A stretch of DNA of 64,000 nt from Acutalibacteraceae bacterium. Lineage in GTDB: Bacteria > Bacillota > Clostridia > Oscillospirales > Acutalibacteraceae. The stretch lies in NCBI GenBank assembly GCA_045544455.1, contig JAZPYZ010000022.1, positions 8,819 through 72,818 of the forward strand, given 5' to 3'. The notes below the pieces were generated by a model, which made no database searches, was not told the DNA's origin, and saw only the letters and a list, made by a program, of their open reading frames with translations. This document shows positions 35,644-44,370 of the stretch, piece after piece. The position numbers and the translations under genes are program-made. Positions within the stretch are counted from its first letter, which is position 1; every line of letters begins with the position of its first letter.

Positions 35644-38600
35644 ATCCCCCCGTTCGCCGTCACCAACTGCACGTTAGACGAGGTGGTGATCGAGTAATAG
35701 TGTGCGAGGATCTGGTCATAGGTCCAACCGTATTCGCCGGCGTAGATCATCGCACCGAGTTGACTTAATCCGACGCCGTGTCCGTGTCCGTAACAGGTGA
35801 TGATCACCTGGTTGCCGTTATATTGAATGGTAAACGCGTGCGAAAACAGGTCGAGTGCCGAACGGATCTGACGGCCGGTGAGATATTTTTTGGTCGAACC
35901 GCTGAAGTAATACGCGTTGGTTTTGGTAACGTAGCGGTTGACGCCGCCGGCGCCGGTTCCGTAAGCCGTGACAGCAAAGGTATCCCCGTCGAGATACACC
36001 GGTTTGCCCGTGTAGGCGGTGAGTTTATCGGTCAACGTATCCGCCGCCATCTGTTCTTGCGATTGGACGGTGGTGGTTTTGGTGGGTATATATTTTTGAC
36101 ACATTTCGATGGTTTCGGCCGAACTGTCTACCGATACCAAATGCGCCAAACTGGAACCGAACACCTCGTGATTATTGGCCGTGATACCGGCAGAAGCGGC
36201 ATAATACGGCGTATACGGCAGTTTGCCGGTAGACGTATCGATCAGTTTTTCGCCCAATACCGCTTGGACCGCCGCATATACCCGTTGTTCGGTCGCGGAA
36301 CCGTTTGGATCGAACGATTTGATAAATGTGACCGGATACGCTTGGTTTTCGGTTTGCACGTAGAACAACACGTAGGTGTAAGCGGCCACGGCTTGTGCTT
36401 TCATCGCCTCGATATTGGCGTTGACGTAGCCGATTTCGTGAAATACCAGTTTCGATAACGCCAAACACACCTCGTCTCGGGTGCTGTGCGGCAATTCTCC
36501 GCTTTCTTTCCCCTTGCCGTAGATGCGGAAATCCGCAAATCGTTCGGTTTCGGACACGGTATCCACCCCTTTAACCGGAGAGGCCGGCGGTTCGGTCGAA
36601 CCAAGCGGCAGATAGGTCGGCGCGGTGGTCGTCGTGGTGGTCGTCGTGGTGGTAGGCGGCGCGGTCGTCGTGGTCGACGGGGCCGTCGTAGTCGTGCCGG
36701 TGGTGGTAGACGCACCGGAATCCGTCACGCCGGCGATCCCGCGATACCCATCGGGTAAGATCGCGCGAGTATTGGGTTCGACCGTGATATCGGTGGTGGG
36801 TTCCCACACCTTTTTCGCCGCGATAATCAGACGCACCCCGTCGAGCCCGGTTTCGACCGACAGGTCGGTATCGAGCAACAACAACTGGTCGGTGATATCC
36901 GGTTCGACCGAGACGTTAAACAACGAACGGGCTTGCAGTTCGCTGATAAAGGTCACGAATTTATCGTCGTCCGAATGCGGATGTTTGGTATAGTCGAACG
37001 CGCCTTCGGTTTCGTCCGGTTGGACCACCGCTACCGCAAAGATCTCCCAACGGGCGGTTTCGAACAAAGTATCCATCTGCATCGAGGGATGGTCGCGCAA
37101 AAACGCTGCGTCGGCGTACTGCACCAGTTCGGCAAATCCTTGTTGTTCCTCGACGTTACTGCCGGTGATCCGCAATACACGGTTGTTGGAATAAATGCTG
37201 TAAAACGAGGCGTCGTGCGAGAAATACGGCGTGCCGATCTCGCTTTCCTCGCGGTTGAAATCGTGGGTTTGATAGTAGGTTTCGTCAATCGATTGCACCA
37301 CCGGCGTATCGATAGTTGTTCCCGGGATGGTTAACCAACCACGCACGTCGTCGTTGGTCTCGTACAAGGTGACAAACTGTTCGAGCATGCCTTCGGGTGC
37401 ATCGGGTTTCTCTTGGTCTTCTTGGTCGATCTGCCAATCATAGTCGCCCTCGGTCACGACGTCGCGAGTCGGGAACAACCATTGATACAACGCGGTATTG
37501 TTCCACCACGGCAATGCCCATTCGGTGAACATAAACGCGACGAACGAACCGAGTAAAAGCAACATCCATACGATACTTTTGATCCATTTGGCGGTGCGAC
37601 TGCCCTTCCACGGCCAGATGCCGCCCATACCGGTGGGTTTGGCGTCCACCGGGGCACGTTCAATCACCGTGGGTTCGGGTTGATCGGCAGACGGTTGAAT
37701 CAACAGGCCGCCGGCCATGACCGTCGGGATCGCCAGCAAATACCGGCGCACCAGATCCAGCGCGTGGGAGGTGGCCAAATACCGCACCTGTTCCCGGTCG
37801 TTGAGCCGGCCGGAGGTGATCTTTTTCACCCAAACGCGTTTTTCGTCGGCTAACGCGATATATACCGTGCCGACGGGTTTTCCTTCGCTTTCGTCGGGAC
37901 CGGCCACGCCCGAAATGCCTACGCCGAGGTCGGCGTTGCCGACGCGGCGCGCACCGATGGCCATCGCACTGACGGTTTCGGCACTGATCGCGCCGTATTG
38001 ATCCAACATTTCTTGCGGCACACCGAGCACTTGATGTTTAATCTCGTTGGAATACGAAGCAATACCGCAATCAAACACGTCCGATACGCCGGGCACTTCG
38101 GTCAAACGACCGGATAACAGGCCGGCGGTACAGGATTCGGCGGTGGCGATCTTTAAACCGTGTTGGCGCAACATCGACACGACCACCTGTTGCAGGTTGC
38201 CGTCCCCGATAAGGTATACCGCGTCGCCTAACCGGTCACGAATTTGATCGATCGCCGGTTGACACAGCGCGTGGGCTTGTTCTTCGTCGGCGGCACGCGC
38301 GGTCACGCGCAACACCACTTCACCCGATTTGGCATACGGGGCAACCGTCGGGTTTTCGCCGGCCATCAGGTCGGCGCACCGTTCGGAAATGGTGGATTCC
38401 GGAATACCGAACACGTGCAGATTATGCGACAAGATCACCCCGTCGGTAAAACCGGCGAGATACGGCGCTACGTGGGTTTCGAACATGGGAATCAGTTCGC
38501 GTGGCGGACCGGGTAACATCACCACGATCGTGCCGCCGTGTTCTACCGCGCAACCCGGCGCGGTACCGAACGCGTTGGGAAACACGGTGCACCCGGCCGG

Positions 38601-38960
38601 CAACATCGCTTGTTTTTCGTTGTTGGCGGTCATGGGATTGCCGGTACGGGCAAAATACGCGCGGATGGCGTTTAAACTCTCTTCGTGGGCGACTAACTCA
38701 ATCCCCAACACGTCACTGACCGTTTCGCGCGTCAGATCGTCCTGTGTCGGGCCGAGACCGCCCGTAATCACGATCAGATCACTGCGCAAAATCGCGGCGC
38801 GCAACTCGGTTTGTAACCGGTCGACGTTATCGCCGACGGTCGATTGATGCAACACCGACACGCCAAGCGCAGCCAGTTCTTTAGATAAAAACTGACTGTT
38901 GGAATTTAAAATATCCCCGAGCAACAACTCGGTGCCGACGGTGATGATTTCGGCGTTCAA
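35640..38960 (-). CDS. Fusion protein: CinA (MoCF-binding + PncC/NMN-deamidase domains) - TM helix - degenerate class B sortase-like domain - Thr-rich linker - SpoIID/LytB domain
   Basis: Continuous ORF 35640..39146. I place the start at TTG 38958-38960 (M)NAEIITVGTELLLGDILNSN, 6 nt after AAAGGAGAG. CinA C-domain: IATAESCTAGLLSG. TM: IVWMLLLLGSFVAFMF. Sortase-B-like region: DDVRGWLTIPGTTIDTPVVQ ... RITGSNVEE ... LLLLDTDLS. Poly-T linker. SpoIID blocks: AMKAQAVAAYTYVL and GHGHGVGLSQLGAMIYA...ILAHYY. Confidence 0.8.
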   Translation of the reverse strand: MNAEIITVGTELLLGDILNSNSQFLSKELAALGVSVLHQSTVGDNVDRLQTELRAAILRSDLIVITGGLGPTQDDLTRETVSDVLGIELVAHEESLNAIRAYFARTGNPMTANNEKQAMLPAGCTVFPNAFGTAPGCAVEHGGTIVVMLPGPPRELIPMFETHVAPYLAGFTDGVILSHNLHVFGIPESTISERCADLMAGENPTVAPYAKSGEVVLRVTARAADEEQAHALCQPAIDQIRDRLGDAVYLIGDGNLQQVVVSMLRQHGLKIATAESCTAGLLSGRLTEVPGVSDVFDCGIASYSNEIKHQVLGVPQEMLDQYGAISAETVSAMAIGARRVGNADLGVGISGVAGPDESEGKPVGTVYIALADEKRVWVKKITSGRLNDREQVRYLATSHALDLVRRYLLAIPTVMAGGLLIQPSADQPEPTVIERAPVDAKPTGMGGIWPWKGSRTAKWIKSIVWMLLLLGSFVAFMFTEWALPWWNNTALYQWLFPTRDVVTEGDYDWQIDQEDQEKPDAPEGMLEQFVTLYETNDDVRGWLTIPGTTIDTPVVQSIDETYYQTHDFNREESEIGTPYFSHDASFYSIYSNNRVLRITGSNVEEQQGFAELVQYADAAFLRDHPSMQMDTLFETARWEIFAVAVVQPDETEGAFDYTKHPHSDDDKFVTFISELQARSLFNVSVEPDITDQLLLLDTDLSVETGLDGVRLIIAAKKVWEPTTDITVEPNTRAILPDGYRGIAGVTDSGASTTTGTTTTAPSTTTTAPPTTTTTTTTTTAPTYLPLGSTEPPASPVKGVDTVSETERFADFRIYGKGKESGELPHSTRDEVCLALSKLVFHEIGYVNANIEAMKAQAVAAYTYVLFYVQTENQAYPVTFIKSFDPNGSATEQRVYAAVQAVLGEKLIDTSTGKLPYTPYYAASAGITANNHEVFGSSLAHLVSVDSSAETIEMCQKYIPTKTTTVQSQEQMAADTLTDKLTAYTGKPVYLDGDTFAVTAYGTGAGGVNRYVTKTNAYYFSGSTKKYLTGRQIRSALDLFSHAFTIQYNGNQVIITCYGHGHGVGLSQLGAMIYAGEYGWTYDQILAHYYSITTSSNVQLVTANGGI

Positions 38961-39007
38961 AACGGTCTCTCCTTTCGCGCCCATTTCCGAAACACGGCGT
39001 ATGGCCG

Positions 39008-40186
39008 TTATCGGATCCGCATCCAGCGCAGATTCGACATCGCCTGTTCGACCAATTCGTCGATCGGCAAACGGCTTTCGGCGCGTTCGGCCATCTCGAC
39101 AGTCGGGCGGGTGCGCGGATGTTTGGGGGTAAATACGGTACAACAATCTTCGTACGGCAGGATCGAGATCTCAAACGTTTCGATCTTGCGTGCGATCTGA
39201 ATGATTTCTTCTTTATCCATCCCGATGACCGGACGGAATACCGGCAAGGTGGTGACCGCATCGGTACACATCAACGCCGGAATGGTTTGACTGGCGACCT
39301 GGGCCACACTTTCGCCGGTAATCAACGCGCCGCAGTCTTCCTTGCGGGCGATTTGTTCGGCAATGCGCATCATCATACGGCGCATGGTGACGGTAAACAT
39401 CTCTTCGGGACTGAGATCCCGGATGCGTTCTTGAATCTCGGTAAACGGAACGATACACAGCGAAATGGTACCGGCATATCGCGCCACCTGTTTGAGTAGT
39501 GAAATAACCTTTTGTTCGGCGCGTTCACTGGTATACGGCGGCGATGCAAAATGGATGCAGGTCAATTCGATCCCGCGTTTGGCCATCATGTACGCCGCGA
39601 CCGGCGAATCGATACCGCCGGAAATGAGCAGGGCCGCTTTGCCACCGGTTCCGACCGGTAATCCGCCGGCGCCCGGCAGTTGGGCCGCGTGAATATACGC
39701 ACCGAAATCCCGAATCTCTACCCAAACGGTGACGTCGGGATGGTGTACGTCCACCTTCAGATGCGGAAACGCGGCGAGTAACGCGCCGCCGACCTGGGCC
39801 CCGATCTGGGGCGACGTTAACGGAAACTGTTTATCGCTGCGGCGTGCTTCAACCTTAAAGGTGCGTGCCGTGGATAACCATTCCCGCACGTAGTCGGGCG
39901 CCGCTTGTTGAATCGCGGTGATATCTTTCTCCACCATCAACGCACGGGTATACGCCGAAATGCCGAATACCCGCGATACGCGGTCACACGCCTCGTCCAA
40001 ATCGAGATCGTCTTCCAACGGACGGATAAAGATGGTGGATTGTGATTTGCGGATATCAAACGCACCCAGTTCTTTCAAGCGCCACCGCAGATTGTGGATG
40101 AGCACATCCTCAAAATGGCCGCGGTTTAATCCTTTGAGTGCCAATTCTCCGTTTTTAATTAAGATCATTTCCTGCCGATTTTGCAT
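39008..40186 (-). CDS. thiI: tRNA 4-thiouridine(8) synthase ThiI
   Basis: ORF 39008..40198. Start moved to ATG 40186, behind GAGGGA. THUMP-type N-terminus (ILIKNGELALKGLNR). PP-loop ALLISGGIDSPVAAYM. Confidence 0.9.
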   Translation of the reverse strand: MQNRQEMILIKNGELALKGLNRGHFEDVLIHNLRWRLKELGAFDIRKSQSTIFIRPLEDDLDLDEACDRVSRVFGISAYTRALMVEKDITAIQQAAPDYVREWLSTARTFKVEARRSDKQFPLTSPQIGAQVGGALLAAFPHLKVDVHHPDVTVWVEIRDFGAYIHAAQLPGAGGLPVGTGGKAALLISGGIDSPVAAYMMAKRGIELTCIHFASPPYTSERAEQKVISLLKQVARYAGTISLCIVPFTEIQERIRDLSPEEMFTVTMRRMMMRIAEQIARKEDCGALITGESVAQVASQTIPALMCTDAVTTLPVFRPVIGMDKEEIIQIARKIETFEISILPYEDCCTVFTPKHPRTRPTVEMAERAESRLPIDELVEQAMSNLRWMRIR

Positions 40187-40237
40187 GGTATCCCTCACTC
40201 CACGCCCGTGGATTTACCGGGCGTGTTTTCGTTATGA

Positions 40238-41665
40238 TCAAGTCGACGGGGTAGCCGTCGTGGTGGTCGTGGTGGTCGATTCGCCACTCGACGAGGTATC
40301 GGACCCGGAGGTCGTCGTGGTCGTGCCGGTGGTGCCGCCGAACAGTTTCGACGTGTAGAAATCCGGCACCTGCAGATGATGGTTTACATACCACGCATAC
40401 GGCATGATGACGTCTTTGTTCGCGGTGATGGCATTTTCGTCGGTCTCGTACGATTCGTGCGAACGCAACAACCGCGCAAACACCGCAATGCGTCCGTTTT
40501 TCAGTTTGGACGTGTTTTCGGTCGTGCAGGTAGACAACACCAACAACTGATCGTCCGGCCGGATGTCTACCGCGTCATAGTTCCAGTATGACCGGGTGCG
40601 GACCTGTTCGATAAAGTCCAGGAATTCCGCATCGCCGGAAAACACCTTTTGCCGGTAATCGAAATAGTATTTCTCCTCGGCATCTTCGTCGAACATCGCG
40701 ATCGCAAACACGCGATATACCTCATGCCCGTACAGGGTTTCGAGCGCGATGCTGGTGGCGTTGCGCGCTTTGTCCAGGTTGGTGGTCAGCGAAATGACGT
40801 CCGAGAACATCTGGCCGTTGATGTTGTTATGACCGTAGACGATGGTGCTTCTCAGGTTGTTACGGAAGGTATCCACCCAGTTTTGTTCGTCAAAGAACAA
40901 CGCACCGTTGCTGTTTTTCTTTTTGTAAAAATCGTGATCCAGATAATACTCGTTATCCCCCGACCACATGACCGGATACTCGATATCCAATTGGTTGGAT
41001 CCGTCATCCGATTCAAAGATCAAGTAGCCGCGCAGATCGTTGTTTTGGGCATACATCGCTTTGAGCACGTTGGTCATGCCGGACGGAAATTCTACCCCTT
41101 GATACTCGATCGGTACGTCGACCGGCGCATCGGGATTGTATAAATCGCTGACACTGTTGTACGTCTGCTCGTTCATAAACGGCACGTACACCATATCGTA
41201 TACCAAATAGCATATCGAACTCAGCAACGATACGATCGCGACCAAAAACACGGACTTGCGCACCTTTTCGCGGCCGGAGTCGCGTTTGGTTGGGAATATT
41301 TTACCCAGTTTTTCACCGATCTTATGCATGGCGCGGCGGCTGTATTTCGCCGGAACGACCGCTTCTTCTGCCTCGGATTCCCGTTCGGACGAAACCGCAT
41401 ATACCAACGACATATCTTTCGGCGTTGCCGACGGAGCAGTATCTTCCTCCGGTTGCGCATCGCCTTGTTCGGCCGCGTCCTCAACCGGTTCTTCCGTTTC
41501 CGCAACCGCGTCCTCGGCCGGCGGTTCGGCAACAGCCGGTTCCGCCGGTTGGGTAGCCAGATCGTCCAACACTTCGTCTACCGTTTCGTCCAAATTGGGT
41601 TCGACCGGGTTGGTGTCGGTGTTGGGCAATTGATTGTTTTCCCGTTCGGTATTCATATTCGACAA
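40238..41665 (-). CDS. srtB: Class B sortase with long acidic cytoplasmic N-terminus and Thr/Ser-rich C-terminal tail
   Basis: 475 aa. TM VFLVAIVSLLSSICYLVY. Catalytic blocks TIVYGHNNINGQMF (His), LLVLSTCT (Cys) and GRIAVFARLL (Arg). N-terminal lead-in NDLRGYL...DIEYPVMWSGDNEYYLDHDF is typical of SrtB. Tail is GGTTGTTTTTSGSDTSSSGESTTTTTTTATPST. Confidence 0.85.
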   Translation of the reverse strand: MSNMNTERENNQLPNTDTNPVEPNLDETVDEVLDDLATQPAEPAVAEPPAEDAVAETEEPVEDAAEQGDAQPEEDTAPSATPKDMSLVYAVSSERESEAEEAVVPAKYSRRAMHKIGEKLGKIFPTKRDSGREKVRKSVFLVAIVSLLSSICYLVYDMVYVPFMNEQTYNSVSDLYNPDAPVDVPIEYQGVEFPSGMTNVLKAMYAQNNDLRGYLIFESDDGSNQLDIEYPVMWSGDNEYYLDHDFYKKKNSNGALFFDEQNWVDTFRNNLRSTIVYGHNNINGQMFSDVISLTTNLDKARNATSIALETLYGHEVYRVFAIAMFDEDAEEKYYFDYRQKVFSGDAEFLDFIEQVRTRSYWNYDAVDIRPDDQLLVLSTCTTENTSKLKNGRIAVFARLLRSHESYETDENAITANKDVIMPYAWYVNHHLQVPDFYTSKLFGGTTGTTTTTSGSDTSSSGESTTTTTTTATPST

Positions 41666-41694
41666 CTCCTTCTTTGTGTCTGTTACGGTTTATG

Positions 41695-42831
41695 TTATCG
41701 GGCGCGCGCCAAGGTGCGCATCCCTTCATGCAAGACGGCAACCAACCGGTCGATATCTGCTTCGGTGTTTTGCCGGCCAAAACTGATCCGCAATGCGGAA
41801 TCGGCTTCGCGTTTCGGGAGTCCCATCGCCATCAACACGGCGCTTGGTTTCCCTTTAGCACAGGCCGAACCACTGGACAGATAGATCTCGCGCGAGGCGA
41901 GAAAATGCAACATGGTTTCGCTGCGAATACCAATGACCGACAGGTTGACGATTGCCGGCAGATGGTTGGCCGGACGGTGGAACACGATCCCGTCTTCCCC
42001 CTCGAGTGCCGTGACCAATCGATCGCACAACGTCTGCATATGGCGGCGATGTTCCGTCAAGTTCGGTAACGCCCGGATCGCCGCGCCAAACGCCGCGATC
42101 AACGGAACCGCTTCGGTCCCGCCGCGCAAACCGCGTTCTTGTTCACCGCCGCAGATCAACGGACGGATCCGTTCATTTTTGCGGATATACAGCGCACCAC
42201 ACCCTTTGGGCGCGTGCAATTTATGCGCGCTGACCGTGAGAAAATGCACGCCGAGTTTGCGCACGTTGACCGGCAGTTTGCCGATCGCTTGTACCGCGTC
42301 ACAATGTATCTTCGCGTTTGGGAACTCCCGCGCGATCGCCGCGGCGGTTTCGGCCACCGGAAAAATGGCACCGGTTTCGTTATTGACCAACATCATGCTG
42401 ACCAACACGGTGTCCGGTCGACAGGCCGCGAGCATCTGTTCGGCCGCGATATCGCCGTGTTCATCCGGCAACACACGCGTGACTTCGTACCCGTTTTGTT
42501 CCAACGTGGCGGCCGCGGCACCCACCGAAGAATGTTCCACCGCGGTGATCACCACGTGTTTACCGACACGCGGGCGAGCGGTACAACTGCCGATGATGGC
42601 GAGATTGTTGGCCTCGGTGCCGCCGGACGTGAAGAGAATTTCGTCTTCCCTGGCCCCGATCAGCGTGGCAACCGCTTCTCTTGCGGCATTCAACTCCTGC
42701 TCGGCCCGGATACCCAACGTGTGCAAAGACGACGGATTGCCGAACGTATCGGTCATCATCGCCATCGCTTTGGCGGCGGCTTGTTCACACACCGGCGTCG
42801 TCGCACTGTTATCCAAATAGCACAGATCCAT
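41695..42831 (-). CDS. nifS: Cysteine desulfurase (NifS/IscS class V aminotransferase)
   Basis: ORF 41695..42987. Start moved to ATG 42831 (MDLCYLDNSATTP), behind AAAGGAGAG. PLP-lysine block LTVSAHKLHAPKG. Catalytic Cys loop LSSGSACA. Confidence 0.9.
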   Translation of the reverse strand: MDLCYLDNSATTPVCEQAAAKAMAMMTDTFGNPSSLHTLGIRAEQELNAAREAVATLIGAREDEILFTSGGTEANNLAIIGSCTARPRVGKHVVITAVEHSSVGAAAATLEQNGYEVTRVLPDEHGDIAAEQMLAACRPDTVLVSMMLVNNETGAIFPVAETAAAIAREFPNAKIHCDAVQAIGKLPVNVRKLGVHFLTVSAHKLHAPKGCGALYIRKNERIRPLICGGEQERGLRGGTEAVPLIAAFGAAIRALPNLTEHRRHMQTLCDRLVTALEGEDGIVFHRPANHLPAIVNLSVIGIRSETMLHFLASREIYLSSGSACAKGKPSAVLMAMGLPKREADSALRISFGRQNTEADIDRLVAVLHEGMRTLARAR

Positions 42832-42903
42832 TCTCTCACTCTCCTTTGCGCCGTAACCTTTCGTAAAATCCATCTCGACAGTTACCCTATTATACATCTT
42901 AAT

Positions 42904-42932
42904 ATTATAGCGTATCTGAGCCCAATTCGCAA
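42904..42932 (-). promoter_or_regulatory. Sigma-A-type promoter for the nifS-srtB-thiI-cinA fusion-mnmE operon
   Basis: Minus strand: TTGCGA (revcomp of 42927-42932), 17 nt, TATAAT (revcomp of 42904-42909). Lies about 70 nt upstream of the nifS ATG. Confidence 0.6.
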
Positions 42933-43024
42933 CCTTTTTTCTTTTAACATTCTTTGAATTTCCGGTGGAAAAGTTTGCGATAAACAAAGCGTATTATTTT
43001 TAGCAAATATTCCTTGCTGTATAT

Positions 43025-43055
43025 CAAAAAACGCTCCCTTTTTCAGGGAGCGTTT
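43025..43055 (-). terminator. Intrinsic terminator of the second yitT gene
   Basis: aaacgctccct-ttttc-agggagcgttt, followed by a T-run on the minus strand. Confidence 0.8.
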
Positions 43056-43066
43056 CGAGTTGGTGA

Positions 43067-43984
43067 TTATTTACTGCTTTTAAATCCTTCACCGAGCACC
43101 TCGTCGGTGGTGACGGTGATGACGAACGCCGACGGATCGATATCGTAGACCAGTTGCTTGACCGGGTACACCTCGTTACGGCGGACGGCGATGAGCAACA
43201 TGTCGCGCGGCGCGCCGGTATAGCCGCCGACCGCATTGAGCCTGGTTACGCCGCGATCGATTTGGGTGATGATGGCGTTGATGATTTCTTGTTCATGTTT
43301 AGACGAAACCAACAACATTTTACCGGCATCGTTACCGTAGATGAGGGTATCGATGAGTTGACTGGACATAAAGATGGTTACGCTGGCGTACAGCGCGTTT
43401 TCCAAATGGCCGTACACGAACACCGATGCCGCTACAACCACCACGTCTAACAGCAACATAAACCGGCCGATCGGGATGTGGCGCAGTTTTCGTTCGAGCA
43501 ACTGGGCAATAATGTCGGTACCGCCGGTGGATGCCCCTCGCATGAAAATAAGTCCTAAGCCGGCACCGGCCAACACGCCGCCGGCCAACGCCACCAAGAT
43601 CATGTCTCCTTCAAACGGGGTGATCCATACCGAAAACACGTCGATCAGGACCGAACTGATCGCCATACAGATGGCGCTTTTGAACACGAATGCGTGTCCG
43701 AGTTTGATCCAACCGATCACCACGATGGGAACGTTCATCACGATCATCGAAATACCGATCGGCAGGCCAAACAGATAGTTGAGCAAGGTGGCGATACCCG
43801 AAATGCCGCCCGGCGCAATATCGTTGGGGGCGGTGAACATCGCGACCGAAAGGGCGTAGATTGCACTACCCGATAAATACGCCATCCAATCGACGATCCA
43901 ACGTTTCCATTGGGCACGACGAGCAAGGGTTTCGGGTTTGGGTTGTTTTTTCTTAAGCTTCGGTTTGTTGCGTTTCATCGGCAT
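43067..43984 (-). CDS. YitT-family membrane protein (second copy)
   Basis: 305 aa, polytopic, with a DUF2179-like tail LLIAVRRNEVYPVKQLVYDIDPSAFVITVTTDEVLGEGF. Confidence 0.8.
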   Translation of the reverse strand: MPMKRNKPKLKKKQPKPETLARRAQWKRWIVDWMAYLSGSAIYALSVAMFTAPNDIAPGGISGIATLLNYLFGLPIGISMIVMNVPIVVIGWIKLGHAFVFKSAICMAISSVLIDVFSVWITPFEGDMILVALAGGVLAGAGLGLIFMRGASTGGTDIIAQLLERKLRHIPIGRFMLLLDVVVVAASVFVYGHLENALYASVTIFMSSQLIDTLIYGNDAGKMLLVSSKHEQEIINAIITQIDRGVTRLNAVGGYTGAPRDMLLIAVRRNEVYPVKQLVYDIDPSAFVITVTTDEVLGEGFKSSK

Positions 43985-44360
43985 TCTCCTCTACCACGAC
44001 GCTAAACAATTCACGAATACGGTCGATCTGCCCGTCCAGATACAAGTATCCGAACAAGGCTTCCAAGCCGGTGGCACTGTGGTACGCGTCACCGGTGCGC
44101 GCGGTATGCGCGTTACGGCCACGTTTATATACCGCCACTTCCCGGTCGGTCAACAGAGGCATCAGGCGGTCCATCGCGGCGGCCTGCGCTTCGGCACAGA
44201 CCATCGATACCGACAACTTGTGCAGTTGGCCGTTTTTGCGGTTGACGCCACTAAGCAGATGTTCCCGTACCAACAGTTCATATACCCCGTCACCGATAAA
44301 CGCGAGCGATAACGGGCTGACGGTATGCACGTCCATAGGTTGTGATAAAAACCGTTCCAT
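43953..44360 (-). CDS. mrnC: Mini-ribonuclease 3
   Basis: 135 aa with LSLAFIGDGVYELLVREHL...KRGRNAH. Confidence 0.85.
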   Translation of the reverse strand: MERFLSQPMDVHTVSPLSLAFIGDGVYELLVREHLLSGVNRKNGQLHKLSVSMVCAEAQAAAMDRLMPLLTDREVAVYKRGRNAHTARTGDAYHSATGLEALFGYLYLDGQIDRIRELFSVVVEENADETQQTEA

Positions 44361-44370
44361 TACTCACACT

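Noticed and set aside
38961-39146. N-terminal extension of the CinA fusion ORF. Similar 5' extensions appear in track ORFs at 3441, 9095, 21851, 25562, 26679, 32623, 42987, 51112, 57782 and 62778.
   Set aside because: The extensions overlap the upstream gene or its terminator, lack an RBS, and precede an internal start codon with a good Shine-Dalgarno and a conserved protein N-terminus. I trimmed the coordinates accordingly.
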